Shown here piece after piece: positions 37,709 to 47,665 of a DNA stretch of 64,000 nt. A program made the translations under genes and the position numbers. The notes below the pieces were generated by a model. It had not been told where the DNA came from, did no database searches, and saw only the letters and a list, made by a program, of their open reading frames with translations. Source of the DNA: Candidatus Sericytochromatia bacterium (lineage in GTDB: Bacteria; Cyanobacteriota; Sericytochromatia; S15B-MN24; UBA4093); assembly GCA_036676495.1 (NCBI GenBank), contig JAKFCT010000028.1, forward strand, positions 32,001 to 96,000, read 5' to 3'. The first letter of the stretch is position 1, and each line of letters opens with the position of its first letter.

Positions 37709-38605
37709 CTAGCGATCCAGCGCGCGCAGGGCGCCGAGCACGACGTTGCCGACGATCTCGAGGCTGCGCGGGGAGCAGCGCTCGGGCGTGTCGCTCGAGG
37801 TATGCCAGTACGGGTAATCGAAGTCGATCAAGTCCACGAAGGGGACTCCTTTCGCCAGGAAGGGAAGATGGTCGTCGTTGACGGCAGGTCCTTCGCGCTG
37901 GGGAAAGTGGCTCGCAACCCCCAGGGACTTGGCCGAATCCCAGATCGTGCGCATGAGGTCCGGGGCGTAGCGCGCGGAATAGGCTTCCTGAGGAATCCTG
38001 AGATCGCGATCGCCGACCATGTCGAGCAGGATCCCCCAGCGCGGCAGGGGGCGGTTCTTCACGTACCAGCGCGAGCCGTAAAACATCGTGCTGTCGGTAG
38101 TGCCCAGGTCCTCCCCATCCCAGAGGGCGATTCTCAGGGGCTTTGCCGGGGGGCGATCGCCCAAGGTCCGGGCGATTTCGAGCAGCACCGCCACTCCGGA
38201 GGCACCGTCATTGGCTCCGGGGATGGGGCTCTTGCGCTTGGCGGGATCGGGATCCTCTTCGGCGATGGGGCGGGTATCCCAGTGGGCCGCCAGCATGCCG
38301 CCCGAGCCCGGAGGCCCGAAGTCCGCGTAGAGGTTGGCCATCGGGTAGGCCTGGCCGCCCATCCGGATGGTGAAGCGATCCACGGTGACGCGGCCGCCCG
38401 CCCGGCGGAGCTCCGCTTCGAGATAGGCGAGCGTCTTGGCGTGCGCGGGACTACCCGGAACGCGCGGGCCGGCGTTCACCTGCGCGAGCAGATGCTGCCA
38501 GGCGCGCTCCCCGGAGACGCCCAGGGTGGCGGCGCCTTGGCCGCGCGCCGACATCGTGAAGGCGAGGGTCCCGATCAAGACCGGGAGCCAGAACCCGCGT
38601 CGCAT
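37709..38605 (-). CDS. M28 family peptidase / glutaminyl cyclase-like, secreted
   Basis: AHWDTRP, GANDGASGVA, DGED, LDMVGD, DDHLPF, YWHT..DT. Confidence 0.9.
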   Translation of the reverse strand: MRRGFWLPVLIGTLAFTMSARGQGAATLGVSGERAWQHLLAQVNAGPRVPGSPAHAKTLAYLEAELRRAGGRVTVDRFTIRMGGQAYPMANLYADFGPPGSGGMLAAHWDTRPIAEEDPDPAKRKSPIPGANDGASGVAVLLEIARTLGDRPPAKPLRIALWDGEDLGTTDSTMFYGSRWYVKNRPLPRWGILLDMVGDRDLRIPQEAYSARYAPDLMRTIWDSAKSLGVASHFPQREGPAVNDDHLPFLAKGVPFVDLIDFDYPYWHTSSDTPERCSPRSLEIVGNVVLGALRALDR

Positions 38606-38702
38606 GGCGCCCCCCTTTCGCTACCGCCGCGATCGCTCGCGTGCTCAAAACCGATCGATCTTACCCGATTCCCGGCGTTTGGGCATCCGGTAAACGTGCT
38701 GG

Positions 38703-38734
38703 AAAAAAGGGGCCGCTTCGATCGAAGCGGCCCC
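38703..38734 (-). terminator. Intrinsic terminator of the GH38 gene
   Basis: ggggccgcttcg-at-cgaagcggcccc with six A residues (U-tract on the minus strand). Confidence 0.8.
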
Positions 38735-38740
38735 GCGGGG

Positions 38741-41374
38741 TTACTTGCCCCGTTCCGGACCGGTCCGGATGAGCAGGGTCACGATCTCTCCGGTGCCGAC
38801 CGGCAGCGAAAGCGGCGAGGCGCCCAGCTCCCGAATGGGCTCTTCGGCGAGGTTCGCGAGGGCGAGGCCCTGATGCGGCAAGCCGATAGCCAGCGAGGTC
38901 TCGATGGCCCGCTCCGTGGGGTTGTAGAGGCGGACGATCACGCCGTCGCCACCTTCGGAGCGCTTGATGGCCGATACGACCAGGCGATCGTCGCCCAGGT
39001 CCAGCCAGCCGTTGGGGAGCTTGCGATCGCCGGCCAGGACGGCCAGGTCTCCGCCGAAGTTCATGGTCCGCAGCGGGGTCACGGCGGCGACGGCATGCGG
39101 CTGCGCCGACATCCAGTGATCGCGGTAGGGCGCGAAGGCGTACTGGAAGCGCTGCTCGCCCTGGCACTGCGCGTCGGGCGTGGGGAAGTGCGGACCCGCG
39201 CCGCCTCCTCGCGTGCGCAGGTCATCGCGGGACAGCCAGCCCACCGCCCGGACGAGCGTCAGGGCCAGAGCCCAGGTGCCGTCCTCGGACTGAAGGGCCT
39301 CGGCCTCGGGAAGGCCGACGTTGGAGACCATCAGGCCCCAGTCCCCCTCCATGGCGCTCCAGGTCTGCTGCGGGAAGGTCGTGGCGACGTATTCCTTGAG
39401 CGGCGCGACGGGGAGCTGGTGGATGCGCGTGGTGGCCTCGCGCTCGGCGACCCAGAACTGGTTCTCCGACCAGACGCGGACGTTCTGCCGGAGGCCCGAG
39501 CCGCAGAGGACCCGGAGCCGGTGATCGCGCACGCGGTTGTCGAAGGTCGTCTCGGCCTGCACGACGCGCATGCCGGGGCGCAGGGTCAGGCGGGTCTTGA
39601 TCTTGGTCAGGACGGTCGATTGGCTGCGCGCCTGGCGATCGTCGCTGAGCGACTCGGGAAGGTTCATGAGGTGCTCGAGGACCAGCACCGCCTCGGTGGG
39701 GTTCGGGCGCTCGGTCCACCAGTTGATGAGCCGGCTATCCACCACGCGGTCCTGGGTCGGCGGCGAGTAGTTGTACTCGTCGCCGGCGTCTCCCTCGTCG
39801 ATGAAGCGGATCAGGTCGCCGTAGAAGGCTCCCGTGTCGCGATCCTCCATGACGACCTTGCCGTCGCGGACGCCCACGCGCAGGTGATCGTTCTCGATCA
39901 CGCTGGCGACGGCCACCAGGGGCAGGTCGAGCTCGGGGGTCTCCCCCCCGGGGGCATCCCCCTCGGGAGTCGCCTCGGGGGCCTGCCCGGCGCGGAGGAA
40001 GAAGCGGCGGACGCCGAATGCCGGCAGATCGCTCGCGAGGAAGCGCAGGCGGAACTTCCGAACCTTGTACCAACCCGGGAAGAGGTCGATGTCCGAGTAG
40101 AAGGACTCGGTGTCCTCGAAGCCCTCCACGACGCAGGGCACGGCCTTGCCGTCCTCGTCGACCAGATGGACCTTTTCGAAGGCGCCCTCGGGCTTGCAGT
40201 CGATCTCGGCGTAGACCCACTCGCTGCGCTCCCAGCCGGTGGGGTTGTAGGCGAGGACGCCGGACTCGTTTCCGGCGGGGGCGAGGGCGAAGAGGGCGCG
40301 CTGGATGAGGCTCTCGCCCAGCTCCTTGACCTGCGAGAAGCGAGCGAGCATCTCGAGGTGAACCTCGTCGACCGAGCAGCCGCAGATCGAGTCGTGGGGC
40401 TGGTTCTGGAGCAGGAGATCCCAGCCTTCCTGCCAGAAGCCGTCCTCGTAGGCAGCTCCCATGGCCCATGAGAGGGCCGTCAGGGGCTCGACGTAGTTCT
40501 GCCAGAGGGTCTGGCACTGGGCGTTGAGCTGCTTGAGGTACATGCGCGCGGAGAGGACGTCCGGCAGGAGGTAGGCGCGTCCGCCCTGGCGCAGCTCGCC
40601 GGCGATCTCCTCGGCGGGCATGGAACCGTTGAGCGCGAGGGCCTCGCGGACCTTGCCGAGCCGGATCGTGCCGTCGGGCCACTGGGCCTGGATGGCGTCG
40701 ATGATGGTGGGCAGGTCGGCGTTGGGGGCGATGTGATCGCAGCCGGAAAGCAGGAGAATCTGGTCGAGGCGATGCTCGGAGAGGAAGGTCTGGAAGGCCT
40801 CGAGCCGGCGCTCCAGGGAGATACGCTCCCAGAGGAAGATGTTGCAGTAGCCGGTCGGCAGGAAGGTCGTCTGGATGCGCTGGCCGGAAGGGGCCCGCCA
40901 CCAGAAGCGCTCCGTCTCGGGGTCCACGCCGCGCCAGACGACGGCCTGATCCATCCCGAACCCGAGCAGGATCTGGGGGATCTGGGCCACGTGGCCGAAC
41001 ATGTCCGGAAGGTAGCCGACCGCATCCGTTTGGCCGAAGCGCTTCATGAGGCGGCGGCCCATCAGGAGGTTCCGGATGAGCGCTTCACCGCTCACCAGGA
41101 ATTCGTCGGGAAGGATGTACCAGGGGCCGATCCCGAGGCGTCCCTCGCGGATGAAGCGCGTGAGCGTCTCGCGGCGCTCCGGTTTGATTTCGAGGTAATC
41201 CGTGAGCATGATGGTCTGGCCATCGAGGAGGAAGAACGGGATGCGTTCTTCCTCCAGGAGCGCGATGACGCGGTCGACCGTTTCGACCAGCCTCAGGCGG
41301 AACTCCTGGTAGGTGCGGTACCACTCCCGATCCCAGTGGGTATGGGGGACGACGACGACTTCCTTTGCGGACAA
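38741..41374 (-). CDS. GH38 alpha-mannosidase (MngB-like)
   Basis: TTG start after AAAGGAGG; HTHWDREWY, FLLDGQ, GPWYILPDEFL, YLPDMFGH, NQPHDSICGCS. Confidence 0.92.
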   Translation of the reverse strand: MSAKEVVVVPHTHWDREWYRTYQEFRLRLVETVDRVIALLEEERIPFFLLDGQTIMLTDYLEIKPERRETLTRFIREGRLGIGPWYILPDEFLVSGEALIRNLLMGRRLMKRFGQTDAVGYLPDMFGHVAQIPQILLGFGMDQAVVWRGVDPETERFWWRAPSGQRIQTTFLPTGYCNIFLWERISLERRLEAFQTFLSEHRLDQILLLSGCDHIAPNADLPTIIDAIQAQWPDGTIRLGKVREALALNGSMPAEEIAGELRQGGRAYLLPDVLSARMYLKQLNAQCQTLWQNYVEPLTALSWAMGAAYEDGFWQEGWDLLLQNQPHDSICGCSVDEVHLEMLARFSQVKELGESLIQRALFALAPAGNESGVLAYNPTGWERSEWVYAEIDCKPEGAFEKVHLVDEDGKAVPCVVEGFEDTESFYSDIDLFPGWYKVRKFRLRFLASDLPAFGVRRFFLRAGQAPEATPEGDAPGGETPELDLPLVAVASVIENDHLRVGVRDGKVVMEDRDTGAFYGDLIRFIDEGDAGDEYNYSPPTQDRVVDSRLINWWTERPNPTEAVLVLEHLMNLPESLSDDRQARSQSTVLTKIKTRLTLRPGMRVVQAETTFDNRVRDHRLRVLCGSGLRQNVRVWSENQFWVAEREATTRIHQLPVAPLKEYVATTFPQQTWSAMEGDWGLMVSNVGLPEAEALQSEDGTWALALTLVRAVGWLSRDDLRTRGGGAGPHFPTPDAQCQGEQRFQYAFAPYRDHWMSAQPHAVAAVTPLRTMNFGGDLAVLAGDRKLPNGWLDLGDDRLVVSAIKRSEGGDGVIVRLYNPTERAIETSLAIGLPHQGLALANLAEEPIRELGASPLSLPVGTGEIVTLLIRTGPERGK

Positions 41375-41504
41375 AGCGACCCCTCCTTTCCGAATGCCAA
41401 TCAGCGTACCGGATTCCCCCTTCCTTGAAAAGGGCGTCGCGTTTCGTTCGCCGTTTCCGGGGGAATAAGATCCGAGATCCCGCTCCTCCGGCATGAGAAG
41501 GAGA

Positions 41505-41828
41505 ATGAGCATGCGCCACCTGACGCTCACCGAAACCCGTGCGCTCCCGTCGCCCTCCGCGGAACTCGTCGTTCCGGTCGCTTCCGAGCTTGCCGAACCG
41601 TTGAGAGAGGCGAAAAAGGCCCTCTCGCTCATCCTTTCAGGCGGAACCAGCCGCTGCGAGACGCCTCCGGAAGCCGGAGCCTCCCCGCTTCCCCTCGATG
41701 AAGCGCTCATGCGCCTCTCGGAAGGTGAGGAAGTCTGGCTTCGCATCGCTTATCCGGAAGGCCCGTGCCGCCGCCGCACCCTGGTCCTCAATTCCCTGTC
41801 GGACGCCGAGAGCCTCCTCGCCAGCTAG
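41505..41828 (+). CDS. Small hypothetical protein
   Basis: GAAGGAGA RBS; fills the gap between GH38 and the acyl-CoA ligase; followed by two hairpins; no recognisable motif. Confidence 0.55.
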   Translation: MSMRHLTLTETRALPSPSAELVVPVASELAEPLREAKKALSLILSGGTSRCETPPEAGASPLPLDEALMRLSEGEEVWLRIAYPEGPCRRRTLVLNSLSDAESLLAS

Positions 41829-41939
41829 CGCGGCTCCGAGCCGCCAGGCGAAGCCGACCATCGCCCTTACGATCGAGGCCGCCCCGACGGGGCGGCCTCT
41901 TGGTATTTGGCCCCTCCCGGCCGGGAGGGGCCTTGACGA

Positions 41940-43796
41940 TTAAACGCGGGCCGGCGCGCGGGTCTCGGCGGGCGCGTACATGCCATCGATCGCGCGCTGG
42001 TACTTCGAGGCGATCACCCGGCGCTTGAGCTTGAGCGACGGAGTCAGCTCGCCGGTCTCCTGGCTGAACTCGTCGGGCAGCAGCGTGAAGTGCTTGATCT
42101 GCTCGAACGGGGCCAGCTCGGCATTGACGGCGGCGACGGCCGCGTCGAAGCGCTCGCGAATCGAGAGCATTTCGAGCAACTCGGCGCGGGATTCCCAGGT
42201 GAGACCGCGCTCCAAGGCGAAGCGCTCCACGACGTCCCAGGCCGGCACCAGCAACGCGGAGACGTAATGGCGACCCTCTCCGACGACCACCGCCTGCTCG
42301 ATGAGCGCATGCCCCATGAGCGCGTTCTCGATGGGCTGAGGAGCGACGTTCTTGCCGTTGGAGAGGACCAGGAGCTCCTTCTTGCGATCGATGATCCGGA
42401 GGTAGCCTTCCGCGTCGAGCGTCCCGATGTCGCCGGTGTGGAACCAGCCCTCGGCGTCGACCACCTGGCGCGTGTCTTCTTCTTTGTTCCAGTAGCCGAT
42501 CATCACGTTGGGGCCCTTGGCCAGGATCTCGCCGTCAGGGGAGATCATGAGGGTCACTCCCGGGATGGTCTGACCCACCGTCCCGTACTTGGGGCGGTGC
42601 ACGGGGTTGAGCGTGAGGACGGGAGCCGTCTCGGTGAGGCCGTAGCCCTCGATGACCGGGATGCCGGCCGATCGGAAGAACTGGCCCACCTCGGAGCGCA
42701 GCGGGGCCGCTCCCGAGAGGATCAAGCGCAGGCGGCCTCCGAGCTTCTCGCGGAACTTGGAGAAGATCATGCGGTCGGCGGCCTGGTACATGGTGCTCAC
42801 GGGGAAGGTGACCCGCCCCTCGGCGTCCATGACCTCATGGAAGTACTCGGCGAGCTCGAGGGCCATGTAGAACGACTCGCGCTTGAGGAAGGACTCCTTG
42901 TCCAGGTTCTCCATGGTCCGCTCGTAGATCTTCGAGAGGACCCGGGGAACGGCCACCAGGAGGGTGGGCCGGACCTCGACCATGTTCTGGGCGATGGTGT
43001 CGTAGCTTTCCGCAAAGGCGATCGCCACGCCCTTGCTGAGCATGGCGTAAGAGACGACCCGCTCCAGGACATGCGACAGCGGAAGGAAGGAAAGCTGAAG
43101 ATCGGAGGCGCGGACGCCCATGAGCTCGGCGGCGGTCACCGCGTTGGACGCGAAGTTCCAGTGGGTGAGCATGGCGCCCTTCGGCTCCCCGGTGGTCCCG
43201 GAGGTGTAGACGATGGAGGCCAGGTCGTCGGGCCGCAAGGCTTCCAGGCGCCGGAGCCGCTCGTCCCGGGTGCTGTCGAGCAGGGACGCGCCTGCGGCGA
43301 CGAAGGAGTTCCAGGCCTGGACCTTCTGACCGTGCGGGGCGCTGAACGCACGGTCGAAGACGATCACGTGCTCGAGCGAAGGCACCTCCGCGCGGATGCG
43401 GTTGAGGCGCTCCAGCTGCTCGGGGTTGGAGACCGCGATCACCCGGACCCCCGCATCGTTGAGGATGTAGGCGATCTGCTCGGGCGTCAGGGTCGGGTAG
43501 ATGGGAACCGTCACGCCGCCCAGGGCGAGGGTGGCCTGATCCATGATGACCCATTCGGGGCGGTTCTCGCTGAGGATGGCCACGCGCTCACCCACCCCGA
43601 CCTTCATCGACAGCAAGTGCGCGCTGCTGCAATCAACGAGCCGCTTGAATTCTCGGTAGCTGATGGTCTGGTAGCGCCCCTCCACCTTTGCGAGAAGGGC
43701 GTCCTTCGCCCCATGGCGCTCGACGGTCTGGTGAAAGAGTGCCGGAAGCGTCGTCTTCTGAGACGGGGCGCCCGGAGTGCTGCTGATCTGGGTCAT
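41940..43796 (-). CDS. Long-chain fatty-acid--CoA ligase (FadD15-like AMP-binding enzyme)
   Basis: YTSGTTGEPKG, EGYGLTET, GWFHTGDIG, RKKE..VLSNGKNVAPQPIE, LTPSLKLKR. Confidence 0.93.
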   Translation of the reverse strand: MTQISSTPGAPSQKTTLPALFHQTVERHGAKDALLAKVEGRYQTISYREFKRLVDCSSAHLLSMKVGVGERVAILSENRPEWVIMDQATLALGGVTVPIYPTLTPEQIAYILNDAGVRVIAVSNPEQLERLNRIRAEVPSLEHVIVFDRAFSAPHGQKVQAWNSFVAAGASLLDSTRDERLRRLEALRPDDLASIVYTSGTTGEPKGAMLTHWNFASNAVTAAELMGVRASDLQLSFLPLSHVLERVVSYAMLSKGVAIAFAESYDTIAQNMVEVRPTLLVAVPRVLSKIYERTMENLDKESFLKRESFYMALELAEYFHEVMDAEGRVTFPVSTMYQAADRMIFSKFREKLGGRLRLILSGAAPLRSEVGQFFRSAGIPVIEGYGLTETAPVLTLNPVHRPKYGTVGQTIPGVTLMISPDGEILAKGPNVMIGYWNKEEDTRQVVDAEGWFHTGDIGTLDAEGYLRIIDRKKELLVLSNGKNVAPQPIENALMGHALIEQAVVVGEGRHYVSALLVPAWDVVERFALERGLTWESRAELLEMLSIRERFDAAVAAVNAELAPFEQIKHFTLLPDEFSQETGELTPSLKLKRRVIASKYQRAIDGMYAPAETRAPARV

Positions 43797-43921
43797 GAGG
43801 AAAGGTCCCCCCTTCTACAACGGATCCCTTACAAACGTGGACCTGGACTCCCGTTAAGGAATCCAGGACCAGCTTCGTAATGAATTGTAACGGAAGCTCC
43901 GTGGAAGGGCAACCGGACGAC

Positions 43922-44545
43922 TCAACGTTTGAAGAGTCCCTCGAAGGCCTTGACCATCGAGCTCACTCCCGCCGCCAGCGACGTCACTCCCTCGACGATC
44001 GGAGCCACCTGCTGGGTAATGGTGGGCGGCTGATTCGCCACGGCGTAGGGCTGATAGGGGTTCGCGAGGGCCGGCGTCCGCGGTTTTCCGCTCGCCAGGT
44101 TGATGATGTCGTCGATCAAGGGAAGGGCCTCGTCGATCACCGGGGCCGCCTGCCTGACGAATCGATCCACGTCCCGGCTGCCCACGGCCTGTCCCAGACG
44201 CTCGAGCGACTGCCCGACGGGACCGGCGGCAGGAGCGATCGGAGGTGTGGCCGGATAGCCGGGATAGGCCGGGTAGGCCTGAGCCGACGCGGCGGCCGGA
44301 GCCGGATTCTGAACGCGGTTGACCAGGGCCGCCAGGCGCGAGAGCACCGGCGTCACCTCCGCCACCTTGTCCAGGGCGCGCTCGACGTCATTGCGCGGCT
44401 GCGCGGGCTGCGGCTGGATCGATTGAACCGGCTGCGGATAAGCGTGCTGGGGATAGGCAGGCTGCGGATACGCCACCTGCGGCATCGGCTGCGCTTGCTG
44501 ACGGTAGCGCGCCAACGTATTCGAAAACCGATCGACCGCGTTCAT
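43922..44545 (-). CDS. Hypothetical Pro/Gln/Tyr-rich protein with interspersed amphipathic helices
   Basis: AYPQP x3 and YPAYPGYP repeats; GAGGAGG RBS; no signal peptide. Confidence 0.75.
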   Translation of the reverse strand: MNAVDRFSNTLARYRQQAQPMPQVAYPQPAYPQHAYPQPVQSIQPQPAQPRNDVERALDKVAEVTPVLSRLAALVNRVQNPAPAAASAQAYPAYPGYPATPPIAPAAGPVGQSLERLGQAVGSRDVDRFVRQAAPVIDEALPLIDDIINLASGKPRTPALANPYQPYAVANQPPTITQQVAPIVEGVTSLAAGVSSMVKAFEGLFKR

Positions 44546-44734
44546 GACGTTCCTCCTCGAGACTGGGGCGTTCTATCTCCTTGGCTTGTCGCGGCTTCGG
44601 AGGAGAAGTCGGTAAAGGGCGGAAAAAATTTAGCGTAATCTCGGGTTAACCTGGCGTTTGCATGCGCGGCGCCAGCCGGTCCGTTCCGGACGCGGGGCAT
44701 CCTTTCCGACCCGGCGCCGAGCCGCCGGAAACGG

Positions 44735-44764
44735 TTGACCTGCGGTTGCTTGCTTTGCGATACT
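44735..44764 (+). promoter_or_regulatory. Possible sigma70 promoter of the Kelch-subtilase operon
   Basis: TTGACC-N18-GATACT with TG extension. Confidence 0.45.
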
Positions 44765-44821
44765 GAAACGTCATCTTGTCAGATTTCTCCGGCTTCCGGT
44801 TCTTCGAAACGAGGATTCCTC

Positions 44822-46555
44822 ATGCTGCACCGCATCAGCGCGCTGCTCCTTGCCTCTTTGCTGGCAACGAGCTGCGCGTCCCTCCCACTCGGCTCCGTCC
44901 CGGCGACAGGCACCCTCTCGCTCTCCCTCTCGGGCCTCTTTCCCGTCGAACGCCAGGTTCAGTACCTTCAGGCCGGCAAGCAGGCCAAGCTGACCGTCAC
45001 GGGCCCGGGGCTGGCCCAGCCGCTCACCCTGACGGCCCCGATCGACGGGACCAGCGCCGTGGCGACCCTCACCGGCATCCCCGCAGGCCCTAACCGGGTC
45101 ATTGAGGTGGAAGCCCAGGACGAGGCGGGCGCGAGCATTCCGGGGGGGAGGTTCCGGACGACGGCCACCCTCCAGGAAGGGGCCAACGCGGCGGTGATCT
45201 CGCCCGCGACCACGCCGCGAGGGGACGTCTTCGCCAAGCTCTTGGCGGACGGCTCGGCGCTGGCGGCGTCTCTCGACGCTGGCCGGATCCAGGAGAAGAT
45301 CGAGGAGATTCAGCGGGTGCAGCGGGTGGCGCACTTCGGCCTGATCGACGGGGCGGCGATCGCCAACGCCCTCGCGGCCAACGGGGGCAACGTCGATGCG
45401 CTCGCCGTCACCGAGGCCTCTTTCGTCCAGCAGGCCGTCGCCGTGACGGTCGCGATCAAGGGCCTTCCCGAGAATCTGCCGGCCGAGGTCTGGGTCAACG
45501 ATCCCGTCTCCCCCAAGCAAACGGGGGTCTTCAACGGCAACCTCACGATCGAGCCCGTCAAGCCCGGCACCTGGCAGCTTTACGGCCGTGCGGGGACGAT
45601 GCGGGTCGGTCCCATTCCCGTCACGCCGGGCGTCAAGGCCAGCCTCGACTTCTCGCGGAGCACTCAGACCCTGGCTCCGCTGACGAAGGCACGTGCCGGT
45701 GCCGCGGCGGGAGTGCTCAGGATCGACGGCGTAGACCGCCTGGTCGTCGCGGGAGGGTACGGCGCATCGGGGAACGAAATCGTGGTCGCCTTCGACGGCG
45801 AGAGCTGGTCTCCGATCGCAGCCCCGATGCCGGTGCTGGTCACTCATGCGGCCTACGCCGTGCATGACAACATGCTCTGGGTGCTAGGCGGCTTCACGGT
45901 CAACGGGAACACCAGCAATGCCGTTCAGGCCTTCGATGGGTCGGCCTGGTATACCTTCCCCAATCTCCCCGAGGCCTCGATCCTGGGCTCGGCCGCCTTC
46001 GTGGGCGACACGCTCGTCTTCACGGGCGGCTATCAGAGCATCATCAGCACCGATAACGTCAACAGCTTCATCCTCAGTCCGCGGATCTACGCGCTGGACC
46101 TGACGGAACCTTCCGCCTGGAGCGAAGTAGGCCAGCTGGAAGCCCCCCGAGCGGGCGCCTCTGCTGCCACCTTGAACGGCAAGGTCTACCTCGCCGGCGG
46201 ACAGAGCGAAAGCCTCGCGCCGCTCAGGTCCGTCGAGGTCTTCGATCCGGTCAGCGGTGCGACGGCGTCGGCGGCTCCGATCCCGACGTCCCGCTTCGGG
46301 GGCATGAGCTGGGTATCCGGCGGCAAGCTCTACGTGGCCGGCGGGGTCGACCCGCTGGGCATGGGACTCAACCATGTCGAGGCCTACGATCCCTTGCTCG
46401 ATCGCTGGGAAATCCTCCCGCCACTGCAGACACCGCGCGCCCATGCCGCGGTCGGGCAACTCAACGGCAAGGTGGTGATCGCCGGGGGTCATGACAGCCT
46501 GTTCTATTATGGCCAGATCTCCCCGCTCGACCTCGTTGAAGCGCTGTTGCCGTAG
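44822..46555 (+). CDS. Lipoprotein with N-terminal beta-sandwich region and C-terminal Kelch beta-propeller
   Basis: Start MLHRISALLLASLLATSC after GAGG; Kelch repeats with LVVAGG, LWVLGG, VYLAGG, LYVAGG...VEAYDP...W. Confidence 0.87.
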   Translation: MLHRISALLLASLLATSCASLPLGSVPATGTLSLSLSGLFPVERQVQYLQAGKQAKLTVTGPGLAQPLTLTAPIDGTSAVATLTGIPAGPNRVIEVEAQDEAGASIPGGRFRTTATLQEGANAAVISPATTPRGDVFAKLLADGSALAASLDAGRIQEKIEEIQRVQRVAHFGLIDGAAIANALAANGGNVDALAVTEASFVQQAVAVTVAIKGLPENLPAEVWVNDPVSPKQTGVFNGNLTIEPVKPGTWQLYGRAGTMRVGPIPVTPGVKASLDFSRSTQTLAPLTKARAGAAAGVLRIDGVDRLVVAGGYGASGNEIVVAFDGESWSPIAAPMPVLVTHAAYAVHDNMLWVLGGFTVNGNTSNAVQAFDGSAWYTFPNLPEASILGSAAFVGDTLVFTGGYQSIISTDNVNSFILSPRIYALDLTEPSAWSEVGQLEAPRAGASAATLNGKVYLAGGQSESLAPLRSVEVFDPVSGATASAAPIPTSRFGGMSWVSGGKLYVAGGVDPLGMGLNHVEAYDPLLDRWEILPPLQTPRAHAAVGQLNGKVVIAGGHDSLFYYGQISPLDLVEALLP

Positions 46556-46564
46556 GAGGCCCCG

Positions 46565-47659
46565 ATGAAACGCACCATGCACCTGAAGTCGATTCTCGCG
46601 GCTTCCGCGGCCCTCCTCCTGGCCGGCTGCCCTCAGCCGACCCCGGGCGCCGGAGGCGATCCGGTCGTCGAGCCCACGCCGACCCCGGTTACCGGCAATC
46701 TCCAGCTTGGCACCGATGACCTTCCCCGCAACTCGTGGCGGATCGGTCCTCCGCTCTCCCGTGAGCGGGGCGGCTTGAGCGCCGGCATCTTCAACGGACA
46801 GCTCTACGCCATCGGAGGAGATGGCGAGGCCACCCTCGAAATCCTCGATCCGAACGCGGATCGCTGGCGCACGGTCCCCCTGCCTTTCTTCCAGGGCGAT
46901 CCCTCCCAGCGCTCGCGGTACTTCGGCTCCGCCGTCACGGCCTGGAACCGGATCTTCTACATCGGGGGCACGGTAGATTGGCTCCCGTACCTGTTGGACG
47001 TCTACGAACCCGGCACGCCGGACTGGCTCGAGCTGTCGAGCTCGGCCATGCAGCACGGGGCCATGGGGCGAATGGCCCATGCGTCCGCCGCCCTGGAGGA
47101 GGAGATCCTCGTGATCGGCGGCCTGAGAGACGCCGGCGGCGACGAAAAAATCACGACGGATTCCGTCATCAGCCTCAAGCCGGGCACCAGCCCAGGGACT
47201 TATGACGTCTACAACCGTCCGAACCTGCCGCAGCCCCGGGCGGGGCTCGGCTCCGGCGTGATCGGCTCCCAGCTTTACGTGGCCGGAGGCTTCATCGAGG
47301 CCCCCGTCACGGGCAGCCCGATCGCCACGGACAGCGTCCTTCGCTACCATGCCGACGCCTGGCATACCGGTACGCCGGAAGGCGCACCGCTGGCCTCCAT
47401 GAACGTCCCCCGTCATTCCTTCGGCATGGCGGTCCTCGACGGCATCCTCTACGTCGCCGGGGGCCTCGACAGTACCGGCAAGGCGTTGGATTCGGTCGAA
47501 GCGTACGATCCCAAGACCAATCAATGGACCCTGAGGGCCCCCATGTTCACTCCCCGCGCGCACCTGGGCCTCGCGGCGAACGCCGGAAGGCTCTATGCCA
47601 TCGGCGGCTTCGATGCCGACGGCAAACCGCTTCGTTCCGTGCACGTGTTCAGGCCCTAG
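46565..47659 (+). CDS. Kelch-repeat lipoprotein
   Basis: Lipobox LAGC; six Kelch blades (LYAIGG, IFYIGG, ILVIGG, LYVAGG x2, LYAIGG). Confidence 0.9.
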   Translation: MKRTMHLKSILAASAALLLAGCPQPTPGAGGDPVVEPTPTPVTGNLQLGTDDLPRNSWRIGPPLSRERGGLSAGIFNGQLYAIGGDGEATLEILDPNADRWRTVPLPFFQGDPSQRSRYFGSAVTAWNRIFYIGGTVDWLPYLLDVYEPGTPDWLELSSSAMQHGAMGRMAHASAALEEEILVIGGLRDAGGDEKITTDSVISLKPGTSPGTYDVYNRPNLPQPRAGLGSGVIGSQLYVAGGFIEAPVTGSPIATDSVLRYHADAWHTGTPEGAPLASMNVPRHSFGMAVLDGILYVAGGLDSTGKALDSVEAYDPKTNQWTLRAPMFTPRAHLGLAANAGRLYAIGGFDADGKPLRSVHVFRP

Positions 47660-47665
47660 GAGAGA

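Noticed and set aside
41375-41746. N-terminal extension of the GH38 ORF in the track (similar over-extended starts at 14423, 4888, 29600, 60063, 62368)
   Set aside because: Better starts with SD sequences exist downstream, and the extensions overlap other genes or promoters
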